DNA from: Acidimicrobiia bacterium
GTDB taxonomy: Bacteria > Actinomycetota > Acidimicrobiia > Spongiisociales > ZC4RG35
Direction of reading: 5' to 3'
Length of the DNA: 64,000 nt
Assembly: GCA_035249605.1 (NCBI GenBank)
Contig: DATFGI010000028.1
Location: 4,616-68,615, forward strand
Shown here: positions 16,180 through 24,212 of the stretch, piece after piece
Layout: each line of letters starts with the position of its first letter
How positions within the stretch are numbered: position 1 is the first letter of the stretch
Notes under the pieces: model-generated
The model's input: the letters and a program-made list of their open reading frames with translations, nothing else
What the model was told of the DNA's origin: nothing
The model's database searches: none
Program-made: the position numbers and the translations under genes

Positions 16180-18618
16180 TCACCCGGCAGTCGGGATCCA
16201 GACCAGCTTGAGGTCGGCGACCCGGATGTCCGACTTCTCCAGCGGGATCTCCACGGTCTCGATCTGCTCGGCGAGGGCATCCTGCTCGGCGCCGATCCGC
16301 TCCACCGCCTCGGCAAGCTCGTCCTCCAGCTGCTCCAGCTCCTGATGCTTGGCGTGGTACTTCGCCGCTTCGCTGTCGGCAGCGGCCTCGGCTTTTGCGG
16401 TTGCCGTGCGGCGGCGTCCGGCCCGCCGCAGCGCTGTCGATCCCGACCTGCCCCCGAGGAAGGCGCCCAGGAGGTCCCCGACGGTGCCCACCACGCTCTC
16501 CTCGGATCGAGCTGCGGCGATGGCGTCGGCCTCGTGATACCGGGTCTGCGCCTCGGCGATCTCCTCCCGGATCCGATCCAACTTCTTCTTGAACCCTTCT
16601 CTCAGCTTGGCGACCTCGGTGTCGGCCGCGGTCTCGGCGGCGCCCCGACAGCGCTCCCGGAATTCCCCCTCGGTCTCCCCGACCCGGGAGTAGAGGTCGA
16701 GGGGCTCGTTCTTCCAAACACGCAGCGGCCGATTGGCCACCAGATGAGATTCGAGGTCGGTCTCCACCCCCTTCCAGAAAGACTTGGTCCCGAAATCGAC
16801 CGTTGACACGCAGCGGGCACCGGCCGGCATCTCGGAGACGAAGTCGGCGGGGTCGTGGTCCACGCTCAAGATCTCGCCCGCATCGATGACACCGTCCAGG
16901 GGATAGACGACCGCTTCATAGGTCTCCTGGTGTGCGACGTCGGCGTCGGTATCGTCGTACAAGAGTTGGACGGTGGCTGCCGCCGCCGGGTGGAAGAGTG
17001 TCGAGGTTGGATCCGCGTTCACCCGGGAAGCCCAGGAGGCCGCCGGCTCGAGGAACACCGCGCTCACCCCGTCAGCAGGTGACGGCGGGGTCACGGACGG
17101 CGTCGTGGGCATCTCGGCGACCGGGCTGTCTGGCGGCAAAGTTTTTTTCTGGCCCTCGTCGCGACCGGCCATGAGCCGGGACACCTGGTCGCGGGTCAGC
17201 GGGCCGGCCAGGTAGGACATTGCCCAACGGGTCCCGAAGAGCGTGGGCTCTTGCGCCTTGGTGGAATGGAGCACGAACTGTCGCTTCTCCAGATTGGAGA
17301 TCTGTTTGTCGAGGAGGTCGATGTCGATGGCGCCGGTCGCCGACTCCAGCCCTTCGAGGATCCTTCTCTTGTCGTTCTCCGTCTGCAGCCGGCCCACCAT
17401 CCACGTCCCGGCATTGGACATCGCCTTGTAGTCGAGGTCGACCGGGTTCTGGGTGGAGAGCACCATCCCCACACCGTGAGCCCGTGCCTGTTTGAGGATG
17501 GTGAGGATCGGCTTCTTCGAGGGAGGCTCTGCCGTGGGCGGGGCGAAGCCGAAGACCTCGTCCATGTAGATCAGCGCTTTCAGCTCGCCGGTCCCGGGTC
17601 GGGACCTGATCCAGGTCACCGTCTTCCCCAGGAGGAGCGTGACCAGGAACTGGCGTTCCTCGTCGCTGAGATGGGACATGTAGACGATGGCCGCCTTCGG
17701 TTTCTCTCCCCCGATCAGTTCCTCGATATCGAGGGGGTGACCGTTCATCCAGGCGGCGAACGACGGCGATGCGAGCAACCCGTTCAGCTTCAGAGCGAGA
17801 ACCATCCGGTCCTTCCCGGGGAAGAAGGTGTCGACCTCGAAGACACCGAGTTTGGGAAAGGGCGGGTTGGGGACCTGGCTCACCAGCGTGGCGAGATCGA
17901 GGTCGGTGCCCTGTTTCCAGAAATGCTCCACGATGCTGGCCAACAGGATGTGCTCGGGTCCGGAGACCGGGTCGGAATCGATCCCGGCCAGCACCAACAG
18001 CGAGGAGACGAAGGCGCTGATCTCGTCACGGAGCACCTCGGCGTCGGTCTCCCAGTCGAGTGACGGCGCCTTCATCGAGCCGAGGACGTTGAGACCCACT
18101 CCGGCCCCGGAGCCAGGCGTGTAGATGGTGATGTCGGCGCTGTCCGCGAGCTTCCTCATGCGCTCTGCGCCGATACCGTGCGTCTCCAACCCGGTCTTCC
18201 ACGTGGCGGCGGTGGCGGCAGCGAGCTCGGCGACGGTCTTTCCTTCCTTCGCCGCGGTGGCCGGGTCCATCCACGGCTCGAAGTCGGACGGGGCCAGATC
18301 CGGGAAGTTGAGCGCCAGGTTGCCCATGTCTCCTTTGGGGTCGATGACGAGACAGGAGATCCCGTTGAGGAGGGCCTCCTCGATCAGGTCGACCCCCAAT
18401 CCGGTCTTGCCCGAGCCGGTCATGCCGACGATGACGCCGTGCGTGGTCAGGTTGTCGGCGTCATACAGGACAGGCTCCTCCGACCCGGCATCCCGCCCGA
18501 TGTAGAGCTGACCCGCACCAATTTCCATCGCGGTGAAGGTAGCCGATCGGCCATTCGGAAATTGGACCCCGGACGGCTCGGTCCGACCGTAAAATGCCCC
18601 ATCGGGCCCGGTCGCCAT
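16180..18618 (-). CDS. Large HerA/FtsK-like P-loop ATPase (DUF87-type) with a C-terminal coiled-coil region.
   Basis: Walker A GMTGSGKTGLG is followed by IDPKGDMGNL (HerA-like). Walker B region is ALIYMDEVFGF, then STQNPVDLDYKAMSNAGTWMVGRL. The last ~200 aa are a charged coiled coil. ATG 18618 is chosen; GTG 18684 is the alternative. Confidence 0.75.
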   Translation of the reverse strand: MATGPDGAFYGRTEPSGVQFPNGRSATFTAMEIGAGQLYIGRDAGSEEPVLYDADNLTTHGVIVGMTGSGKTGLGVDLIEEALLNGISCLVIDPKGDMGNLALNFPDLAPSDFEPWMDPATAAKEGKTVAELAAATAATWKTGLETHGIGAERMRKLADSADITIYTPGSGAGVGLNVLGSMKAPSLDWETDAEVLRDEISAFVSSLLVLAGIDSDPVSGPEHILLASIVEHFWKQGTDLDLATLVSQVPNPPFPKLGVFEVDTFFPGKDRMVLALKLNGLLASPSFAAWMNGHPLDIEELIGGEKPKAAIVYMSHLSDEERQFLVTLLLGKTVTWIRSRPGTGELKALIYMDEVFGFAPPTAEPPSKKPILTILKQARAHGVGMVLSTQNPVDLDYKAMSNAGTWMVGRLQTENDKRRILEGLESATGAIDIDLLDKQISNLEKRQFVLHSTKAQEPTLFGTRWAMSYLAGPLTRDQVSRLMAGRDEGQKKTLPPDSPVAEMPTTPSVTPPSPADGVSAVFLEPAASWASRVNADPTSTLFHPAAAATVQLLYDDTDADVAHQETYEAVVYPLDGVIDAGEILSVDHDPADFVSEMPAGARCVSTVDFGTKSFWKGVETDLESHLVANRPLRVWKNEPLDLYSRVGETEGEFRERCRGAAETAADTEVAKLREGFKKKLDRIREEIAEAQTRYHEADAIAAARSEESVVGTVGDLLGAFLGGRSGSTALRRAGRRRTATAKAEAAADSEAAKYHAKHQELEQLEDELAEAVERIGAEQDALAEQIETVEIPLEKSDIRVADLKLVWIPTAG

Positions 18619-18662
18619 CGGGCTTGACTTGAACCGTCCTTCAACCTCTACCTTGAGTGACC

Positions 18663-20450
18663 ATGTCTGAACCTGCCCTGACACCGACCAACGTGGTGCG
18701 CGACGGGCTGAAGCTGATCGGGCGCTTCGTGAAGATGCATCCCAAGGCCTTCACCATCGCGGTGCTCGGCGCTGCCTGCTACGCCGCTGCGATCATCGTG
18801 TCGTCGTGGGTGATCGGCTGGGTCACCGACAACGTCATCATTCCGATTCTGGACCGAGGCGAGGAGCCCGAGCTACTTGCCGTCGCCGGATTGGTCGTGC
18901 TCGCTGTGGCGGTGTTCAAAGCGATCGGGATCGTCGTGCGACGCACCGGGGCCGCCTACCTGACGGGGGCGACGAGGCGTGACATACGCAACCAGCTCCT
19001 GGCCCAGCAGCTGACACTCAAGATGTCCTGGTTCAACCGCCAGGCGATCGGCGACCTTCTCGCCGTCGCCGACGCCGACACCGACCAGGGCACCGGGGTG
19101 CTGGGCCCCCTGCCCTACGCCACCGGAGTGTCACTGCTGCTCTTCGGCACAGTGGCACTCGTCACCGCCATCGACCCCTGGCTTGGGGTCGGAGCCGTTA
19201 TCGGCCTCGTGCTGGCCATCGCCATCGATGTCAAGGGGAGCTGGATCACATTCGGGATGTGGGAGCACGTGCAGAAGGCGCGTGGTGAGGTGGCGTCGAT
19301 CGCCCACGAGAGCTTCGACGGCGCCCTCACCGTCAAGGCCATGGGGCGGGAGTCCTTCGTGTCGCAGAGATTCGGTGAGGCCAGCGACCGGTTGCGTGAC
19401 AATCTCATACGGGTTCTCGCCACCTGGACCAACTACCAGGTGATCATGCGCTCGTTGCCCCAGGTCCTGATAGTCGTGCTCCTGGTCGTGGGGGCGGCCC
19501 GGGCCACCGCTGGGGCGGTCACCCCCGGCGACCTGGTGACCGTGGCCTATCTGCTCACCCTCCTCGCCTTTCCCATCCAGCTGATCGGATTCGTGCTCTG
19601 GGACCTGGCTGGGAGCCTCGCCGGGTGGCGTCGTGTCCAGGAGGTGCTCGATGCGGACGAGCACTTGTCGTGGGGGGACACTTTCGCCTCCACGGACTCC
19701 GGCGCCGCTCCGATCACAGGCGAGACCGTCACCTTCGCGTATTCAGACGATGAGGTGCTGAGCCATCTCGACCTCGATCTCGATGCAGGCACCACCCTCG
19801 CGGTGGTCGGGCCCACCGCCTCCGGCAAGTCGACCCTGGGACTGCTCCTGGCCCGGCTCTGGGATCCGGACTCCGGCTCGATCAGACTCGCCGGCCGCGA
19901 CCTGCGTCAATTCGCCCGCTCTGAGCTGCCCAAGGAGGTGGCCTACGTATCGCAGAGCGCATTTCTCTTCGATGCAACAGTGCGTGAGAACGTCACACTC
20001 GGCGGTGAGTTCTCAGACGACGAGGTGATGACCGCACTCCGTCTCGCCGCCGCCGACGAGTTCGTCAATGTGCTCCCGAATGGGATCGACACCGAGCTCG
20101 GCGAACGGGGCACGACCCTTTCGGGTGGGCAGAGGCAGCGGCTCGCCCTGGCCAGGGCGCTGGTGAGAAAGCCCCGTCTCCTCATCCTCGACGACGCCAC
20201 GTCCGCAGTCGACCCATCGGTGGAGGCGGAGATCCTGCGGGCACTGAAAGGCGCCGAGTTGCCGTCGACCATCGTCGTCGTCGCCTACCGGCCCTCCTCG
20301 ATCCGGCTCGCCGACGAGGTGGTGTTCGTCGATCAGAAGCGAATCCTCGGTCATGGCACGCATGACGAGCTGATCGAGAGCGAGCCCGGCTACGCCCGCC
20401 TGGTCCAGGCCTATGAGGAAGAGGCGAAGCGGCTACGGGAGGCGTCATGA
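18663..20450 (+). CDS. ABC exporter, fused permease/ATPase subunit 1.
   Basis: Six-TM domain then an NBD: GPTASGKST (Walker A), LSGGQRQRLALARAL (signature), LLILDDATSAVD (Walker B). ATG lies 8 nt after a TACCTT hexamer. Confidence 0.9.
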   Translation: MSEPALTPTNVVRDGLKLIGRFVKMHPKAFTIAVLGAACYAAAIIVSSWVIGWVTDNVIIPILDRGEEPELLAVAGLVVLAVAVFKAIGIVVRRTGAAYLTGATRRDIRNQLLAQQLTLKMSWFNRQAIGDLLAVADADTDQGTGVLGPLPYATGVSLLLFGTVALVTAIDPWLGVGAVIGLVLAIAIDVKGSWITFGMWEHVQKARGEVASIAHESFDGALTVKAMGRESFVSQRFGEASDRLRDNLIRVLATWTNYQVIMRSLPQVLIVVLLVVGAARATAGAVTPGDLVTVAYLLTLLAFPIQLIGFVLWDLAGSLAGWRRVQEVLDADEHLSWGDTFASTDSGAAPITGETVTFAYSDDEVLSHLDLDLDAGTTLAVVGPTASGKSTLGLLLARLWDPDSGSIRLAGRDLRQFARSELPKEVAYVSQSAFLFDATVRENVTLGGEFSDDEVMTALRLAAADEFVNVLPNGIDTELGERGTTLSGGQRQRLALARALVRKPRLLILDDATSAVDPSVEAEILRALKGAELPSTIVVVAYRPSSIRLADEVVFVDQKRILGHGTHDELIESEPGYARLVQAYEEEAKRLREAS

Positions 20451-22225
20451 ACGAGCCGTCAACCACCGCCTCGACCGGCACCTTCAATCTGATACGCCGC
20501 GCCTTCGTCGAGGCCCCATCGCTGCGTCACGGGCTTGGTATCACCTTGATCCTGGCCATGGTGGGTCAGGCGGTCACGGTCGTTACCCCCATCGTCCTCC
20601 AGAAGATCCTCGACGAGGAGATCCTCGCCCCAGGTGTGATCGACATGACTGGCGTCGTCTCCCTCGCAGTCATCGCGCTGGTAGCGCTGATCGTCGGTCT
20701 GGTGGTGGGTCGGGTGGCCCTGCTGCGGCTGGTCGACTCCTCCTCGACCGGCTTGTCCGATCTTCGCACCAAGACCTTCAGCCACATCATGAACCAGTCC
20801 GTGCTCCACGTGCAGTCCGAGCGGCGGGGAAACCTGCTGTCCCGGGTCACCTCGGATATCACCACTCTTCAGGAGTTCATGGAGTGGGGTGGCGTGGGGA
20901 TGATCATCGCTTCCAGCCAGGTGCTCCTCGCCACCGCGGTGATGACATCCTACGAGTGGCGATTGGCCCTGATCGCCCTCACCGGAGTCGTCATCTACCT
21001 GGTGATGATGCGCTGGTTCCAGAAGATCCTGGCTCGGAACTACGACGCGGTGCGAAAGGAGGTCGGGGCCTCGCTCGGGGTTCTCAGCGAGTCGATCACG
21101 GCCATCCCCATCGTTCGCGCGTACGGAACCGAGGAGACCACCAAGGCCAAGGTTGCCCAAGCCCTGGAGCGGCGTTTCCAGGTGGAGTACAAGACGGCGA
21201 GGTTCGGGAACATTCTCTTCTCGACGGCCGAGATCTTCGCGGGGCTGCTCACCGCGGTGTTGGTGGTAGCCGGTGTGCTCATCGGGATTCGGCTGGGGAC
21301 TTCGGCCGGGACGCTGGTCGCTTTTCTCCTCTTGACCAATCTCCTGATCGAGCCTCTGCAGATCCTGGTGGAGACCCTCGAGTTCGCCCAGTCGGCTGCT
21401 TCCGGTCTGCGACGTGTGGTCGACGTGCTCGACGGCGAGGTCGACGTCACCGAGCCGGTGGACGCCGAGACACTGCGGCCCGGGGGTCTCAGCGCAAATT
21501 TCGATCACGTCCACTATTCCTATCCGGATGGGGTGGAGGTGCTCAGCGATGTCACAGTCGACATACCGGTGGGCTCCCGGATCGCGGTGGTAGGCGAGAC
21601 CGGGTCGGGCAAGACCACATTCGCCAAGCTTCTGGTCCGGCTCATGGACCCCAGTGTGGGGACTGTCCACATCGGAGGGCTGTCCGCTCAGCGGATCCGT
21701 CTCGCCGAGTTGAGGAGCCGGGTCGGGTTCGTCCCCCAGGAGGGCTTCTTGTTCGACGACACGATCGCCAACAACGTCCGTTATGGCCGCCCCGAGGCCG
21801 ACGACGCCGAGGTGTGGTCTGCGTTTCACGAGCTCGGTCTGGGCGAGTGGGTGCGGGGTTTGCCCGATGGCCTGGGCACCGAGGCGGGGGAGCGTGGGGG
21901 GAATCTCTCCGCCGGCGAGCGCCAGCTGGTCGCCCTGGTCCGTGCCTGGATCGCGACCCCCGACCTGTTGGTGCTCGACGAGGCCACCTCGGCCGTCGAT
22001 CCCGCCCTCGACGTGGCCCTGCGTCACGCCATCGACAAGCTGACCGAGGGGCGCACCTCGGTTACGATCGCTCACCGGCTCTCCACCGCCGAGGGAGCCG
22101 ACGAGGTCCTGGTCTTCGACGGAGGTCGTCTCGTCGAGCGTGGTCATCACCGTGACCTGGTCGTCTGCGACGGTGTCTACGGGGCCCTCTACGCCGACTG
22201 GGTCTCGGGCACCAAGAGCGTGTGA
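20447..22225 (+). CDS. ABC exporter, fused permease/ATPase subunit 2 (heterodimer partner).
   Basis: ATGA overlap with the upstream gene. GETGSGKTT, LSAGERQLVALVRA and LLVLDEATSAVD are present. Confidence 0.9.
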   Translation: MNEPSTTASTGTFNLIRRAFVEAPSLRHGLGITLILAMVGQAVTVVTPIVLQKILDEEILAPGVIDMTGVVSLAVIALVALIVGLVVGRVALLRLVDSSSTGLSDLRTKTFSHIMNQSVLHVQSERRGNLLSRVTSDITTLQEFMEWGGVGMIIASSQVLLATAVMTSYEWRLALIALTGVVIYLVMMRWFQKILARNYDAVRKEVGASLGVLSESITAIPIVRAYGTEETTKAKVAQALERRFQVEYKTARFGNILFSTAEIFAGLLTAVLVVAGVLIGIRLGTSAGTLVAFLLLTNLLIEPLQILVETLEFAQSAASGLRRVVDVLDGEVDVTEPVDAETLRPGGLSANFDHVHYSYPDGVEVLSDVTVDIPVGSRIAVVGETGSGKTTFAKLLVRLMDPSVGTVHIGGLSAQRIRLAELRSRVGFVPQEGFLFDDTIANNVRYGRPEADDAEVWSAFHELGLGEWVRGLPDGLGTEAGERGGNLSAGERQLVALVRAWIATPDLLVLDEATSAVDPALDVALRHAIDKLTEGRTSVTIAHRLSTAEGADEVLVFDGGRLVERGHHRDLVVCDGVYGALYADWVSGTKSV

Positions 22226-22239
22226 GGGCCTGCCGGGCG

Positions 22240-22593
22240 ATGAAGTTCGAGGAGGTGCTCGAGTACAGCCTGGCCAAGCCGGGCGCCTGGCGAGACGAGC
22301 CCTGGGAGGGGGACATCGTGGCCAAGGTGGATCGAAAGATCTTCGCCTTCCTCCACGACACCACGGTCGGGGTGAAATGCGGCGGAGACCGCGACGAAGC
22401 CGACATCTGGCTACAGCGGTACCCCGAGGACGCCTCGGTGATGGCTTACATCGGGCGCTCCGGTTGGAACACCCTTCGTCACGACGGTGCCATCCCGCGT
22501 GACGAGATTCTCGAGGCGATCGACGACTCCTACCTGGCCGTTGTCTCCAGACTGCCCAAGGCGAGAAGGCCTCCTGGTTGGGAGGACGCCTAG
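22240..22593 (+). CDS. MmcQ/YjbR-family protein.
   Basis: MKFEEVLEYSLAKPGA...WEGDIVAKVDRKIFAF...GWNTL is the typical YjbR pattern. ATG 22240 is preferred to GTG 22222. Confidence 0.7.
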   Translation: MKFEEVLEYSLAKPGAWRDEPWEGDIVAKVDRKIFAFLHDTTVGVKCGGDRDEADIWLQRYPEDASVMAYIGRSGWNTLRHDGAIPRDEILEAIDDSYLAVVSRLPKARRPPGWEDA

Positions 22594-22661
22594 AGGCCCC
22601 ATCCGTGACAAATCCAGGGCCCGCCTACGGTGGGTGCACGGCGCGACAGAAAGGAAGCACC

Positions 22662-22949
22662 GTGCAACTGACAGAGAATGCCGCCGCCGCCCTGGAAAAT
22701 CTCCGTGAGGCCCAGGGAATACCGGACGGCCGGGAGAACCGGCTCACTGCGGAGCAGGGCCCGACCGGCGGTCTCGCACTTCGTCTGGAGTTCGTCGAAG
22801 ACGTCTCCGATGACCACCAGGTGGTGGAGAAGGCGGGCACCGAGATCTATCTGGATCCCGTGGTCGTCACCCCCCTCGAGAACACCATGATGGACGTCGA
22901 GGACACCGAGGAGGGCCTCTCCTTCATCTTCCGGAACCAGGAGAGCTGA
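22662..22949 (+). CDS. HesB/IscA-fold-like small protein lacking all cysteines.
   Basis: VQLTENAAAALENL...GLALRLEFVEDVSDDHQVVEKAGTEIYLDPVVV follows the IscA/HesB pattern, but the translation contains no Cys. GAAAGGAAG RBS precedes GTG 22662. Confidence 0.55.
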   Translation: MQLTENAAAALENLREAQGIPDGRENRLTAEQGPTGGLALRLEFVEDVSDDHQVVEKAGTEIYLDPVVVTPLENTMMDVEDTEEGLSFIFRNQES

Positions 22950-22966
22950 CCCGACTCCCGGAAGAG

Positions 22967-23019
22967 TCGAACCCAGGGTTCCCAGCGTCGCTCAGCGACG
23001 CTTTGAACCCTGGGTTCGA
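22967..23019. terminator. Long compound hairpin between convergent genes (candidate bidirectional terminator).
   Basis: TCGAACCCAGGGTTC-CC-AGCGTCGC-TCA-GCGACGCT-TT-GAACCCTGGGTTCGA. Confidence 0.55.
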
Positions 23020-23023
23020 GGTG

Positions 23024-23902
23024 TCAGACCTTCGGGGGTGGGATATAGCGGGCTGTGGTGAACCTCCCGCCGACGAGGTCGACCTCCCAGATCGATGCCT
23101 TGGAGCAGTAGAACCGGGACTCCAGGGAGAGACCGGCCCACATCATCCTGTTGATCACGGCCGGAATGACATCGCCGTGGCTGCACAACACCGCGTTGTA
23201 CCCCACCAGATCGTCGACCAGGCTGTAGGCGGCGTCGACGTCGGGACCCTCGGCGAGGGCGTCGTGCTCACGGATCTTGGCCCCGGTCAGCTTGGCCAAT
23301 GGCCTGACCGATTCCACGCATCGCGTGTATGGGCTGGTGTAGATGCGCTCGATGCCCCGTCCGGACAGAAGGCCGGCTATCGCCTCGGCCTGACGTCGTC
23401 CCTTCTTGGTGAGTGGGCGGGTCGAGTCGACACCCTCGAACGTCGCCCGATCGCCGGCTGCGGCGTGCCGGAGCAAGAAGATGGTCCCGGTACGAGCCAG
23501 CTTCTTCAGACCTGAATCCGCGACGAGGTTGCGATCGTTGTCGTAGTCGAACAATACGACGGCCTGCTTGCGAGTGACCCAGCGGATCTCGTCGACCTCG
23601 TTGTTCTTCACGAACCCGGGACTGTCGGGGAGGGGCCTCATCGCGAACCAGGAGACCTCCTTGATCCCCCCCTCGACTCGATACCGGGTGGTGTCGAGGG
23701 CCGCCACCACCCGGCAGCGGTACCCCGTTTCCTCGAGGACCTCGCGGACCGCAGTCTCCTCGGGGCTCTCGCCTCTGTCGGCCTTGCCCTTGGGGAGCGC
23801 CCAGTCGTCGTAGCGGGGACGGTGGGCGGCCAGGATCTTCAGCTTCCCCTTGGAAGACTCGCGGAAGACGAGACCGCCGGCGGCCTGGATGACACGAGTC
23901 AC
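23024..23902 (-). CDS. Bifunctional NUDIX hydrolase / histidine-phosphatase-domain protein (MutT1-like architecture).
   Basis: Nudix box GKADRGESPEETAVREVLEETG in the N-terminal half. C-terminal half has the RHA/RHG phosphatase motif (IFLLRHAAAGDR...SSPYTRCVES...CSHGDVI). Confidence 0.85.
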   Translation of the reverse strand: MTRVIQAAGGLVFRESSKGKLKILAAHRPRYDDWALPKGKADRGESPEETAVREVLEETGYRCRVVAALDTTRYRVEGGIKEVSWFAMRPLPDSPGFVKNNEVDEIRWVTRKQAVVLFDYDNDRNLVADSGLKKLARTGTIFLLRHAAAGDRATFEGVDSTRPLTKKGRRQAEAIAGLLSGRGIERIYTSPYTRCVESVRPLAKLTGAKIREHDALAEGPDVDAAYSLVDDLVGYNAVLCSHGDVIPAVINRMMWAGLSLESRFYCSKASIWEVDLVGGRFTTARYIPPPKV

Positions 23903-23932
23903 GGCGGGCAGGTTAGGGGCCTGTTCTGGTGG

Positions 23933-24154
23933 CTATGAATCGCCCGGGACCGAGCCGATCGTGTCGGAGCGGCGGATGACGTCGGCGGGAGGTTCGGCCC
24001 CGCTGAGGTCGATGGTGACTCCGCCACAGGTCTCGCACACCTGGCGGCGGATACCGCCCCCGATGCTCTGCGCCTCCCCGTAGTGGTGACGCCCTCTCTT
24101 GCATGCCGACCGGCTGTGACGGCTCTTGCGGTCCTCAGGCCTCAGATGGCTCAC
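23933..24154 (-). CDS. Small hypothetical protein, possible zinc ribbon.
   Basis: 73-aa ORF with strong GC3 bias. Cys/His pattern C-x6-HH...C-x2-C. It lies immediately downstream of the E1 gene on the same strand. Confidence 0.45.
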   Translation of the reverse strand: MSHLRPEDRKSRHSRSACKRGRHHYGEAQSIGGGIRRQVCETCGGVTIDLSGAEPPADVIRRSDTIGSVPGDS

Positions 24155-24212
24155 GAGCAGGACAACCTAGACCGTCACGGCCGGAGACCAGTGGATCCGG
24201 GGCCGGGCCGGC

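Noticed and set aside
20413-22155. 580-aa plus-strand and 563-aa minus-strand (20459-22150) ORFs overlapping the second ABC transporter gene.
   Set aside because: They are alternative-frame or antisense artefacts. Their translations are Arg/Gly/Pro/His-rich, whereas the 20447-22225 frame carries complete ABC motifs.
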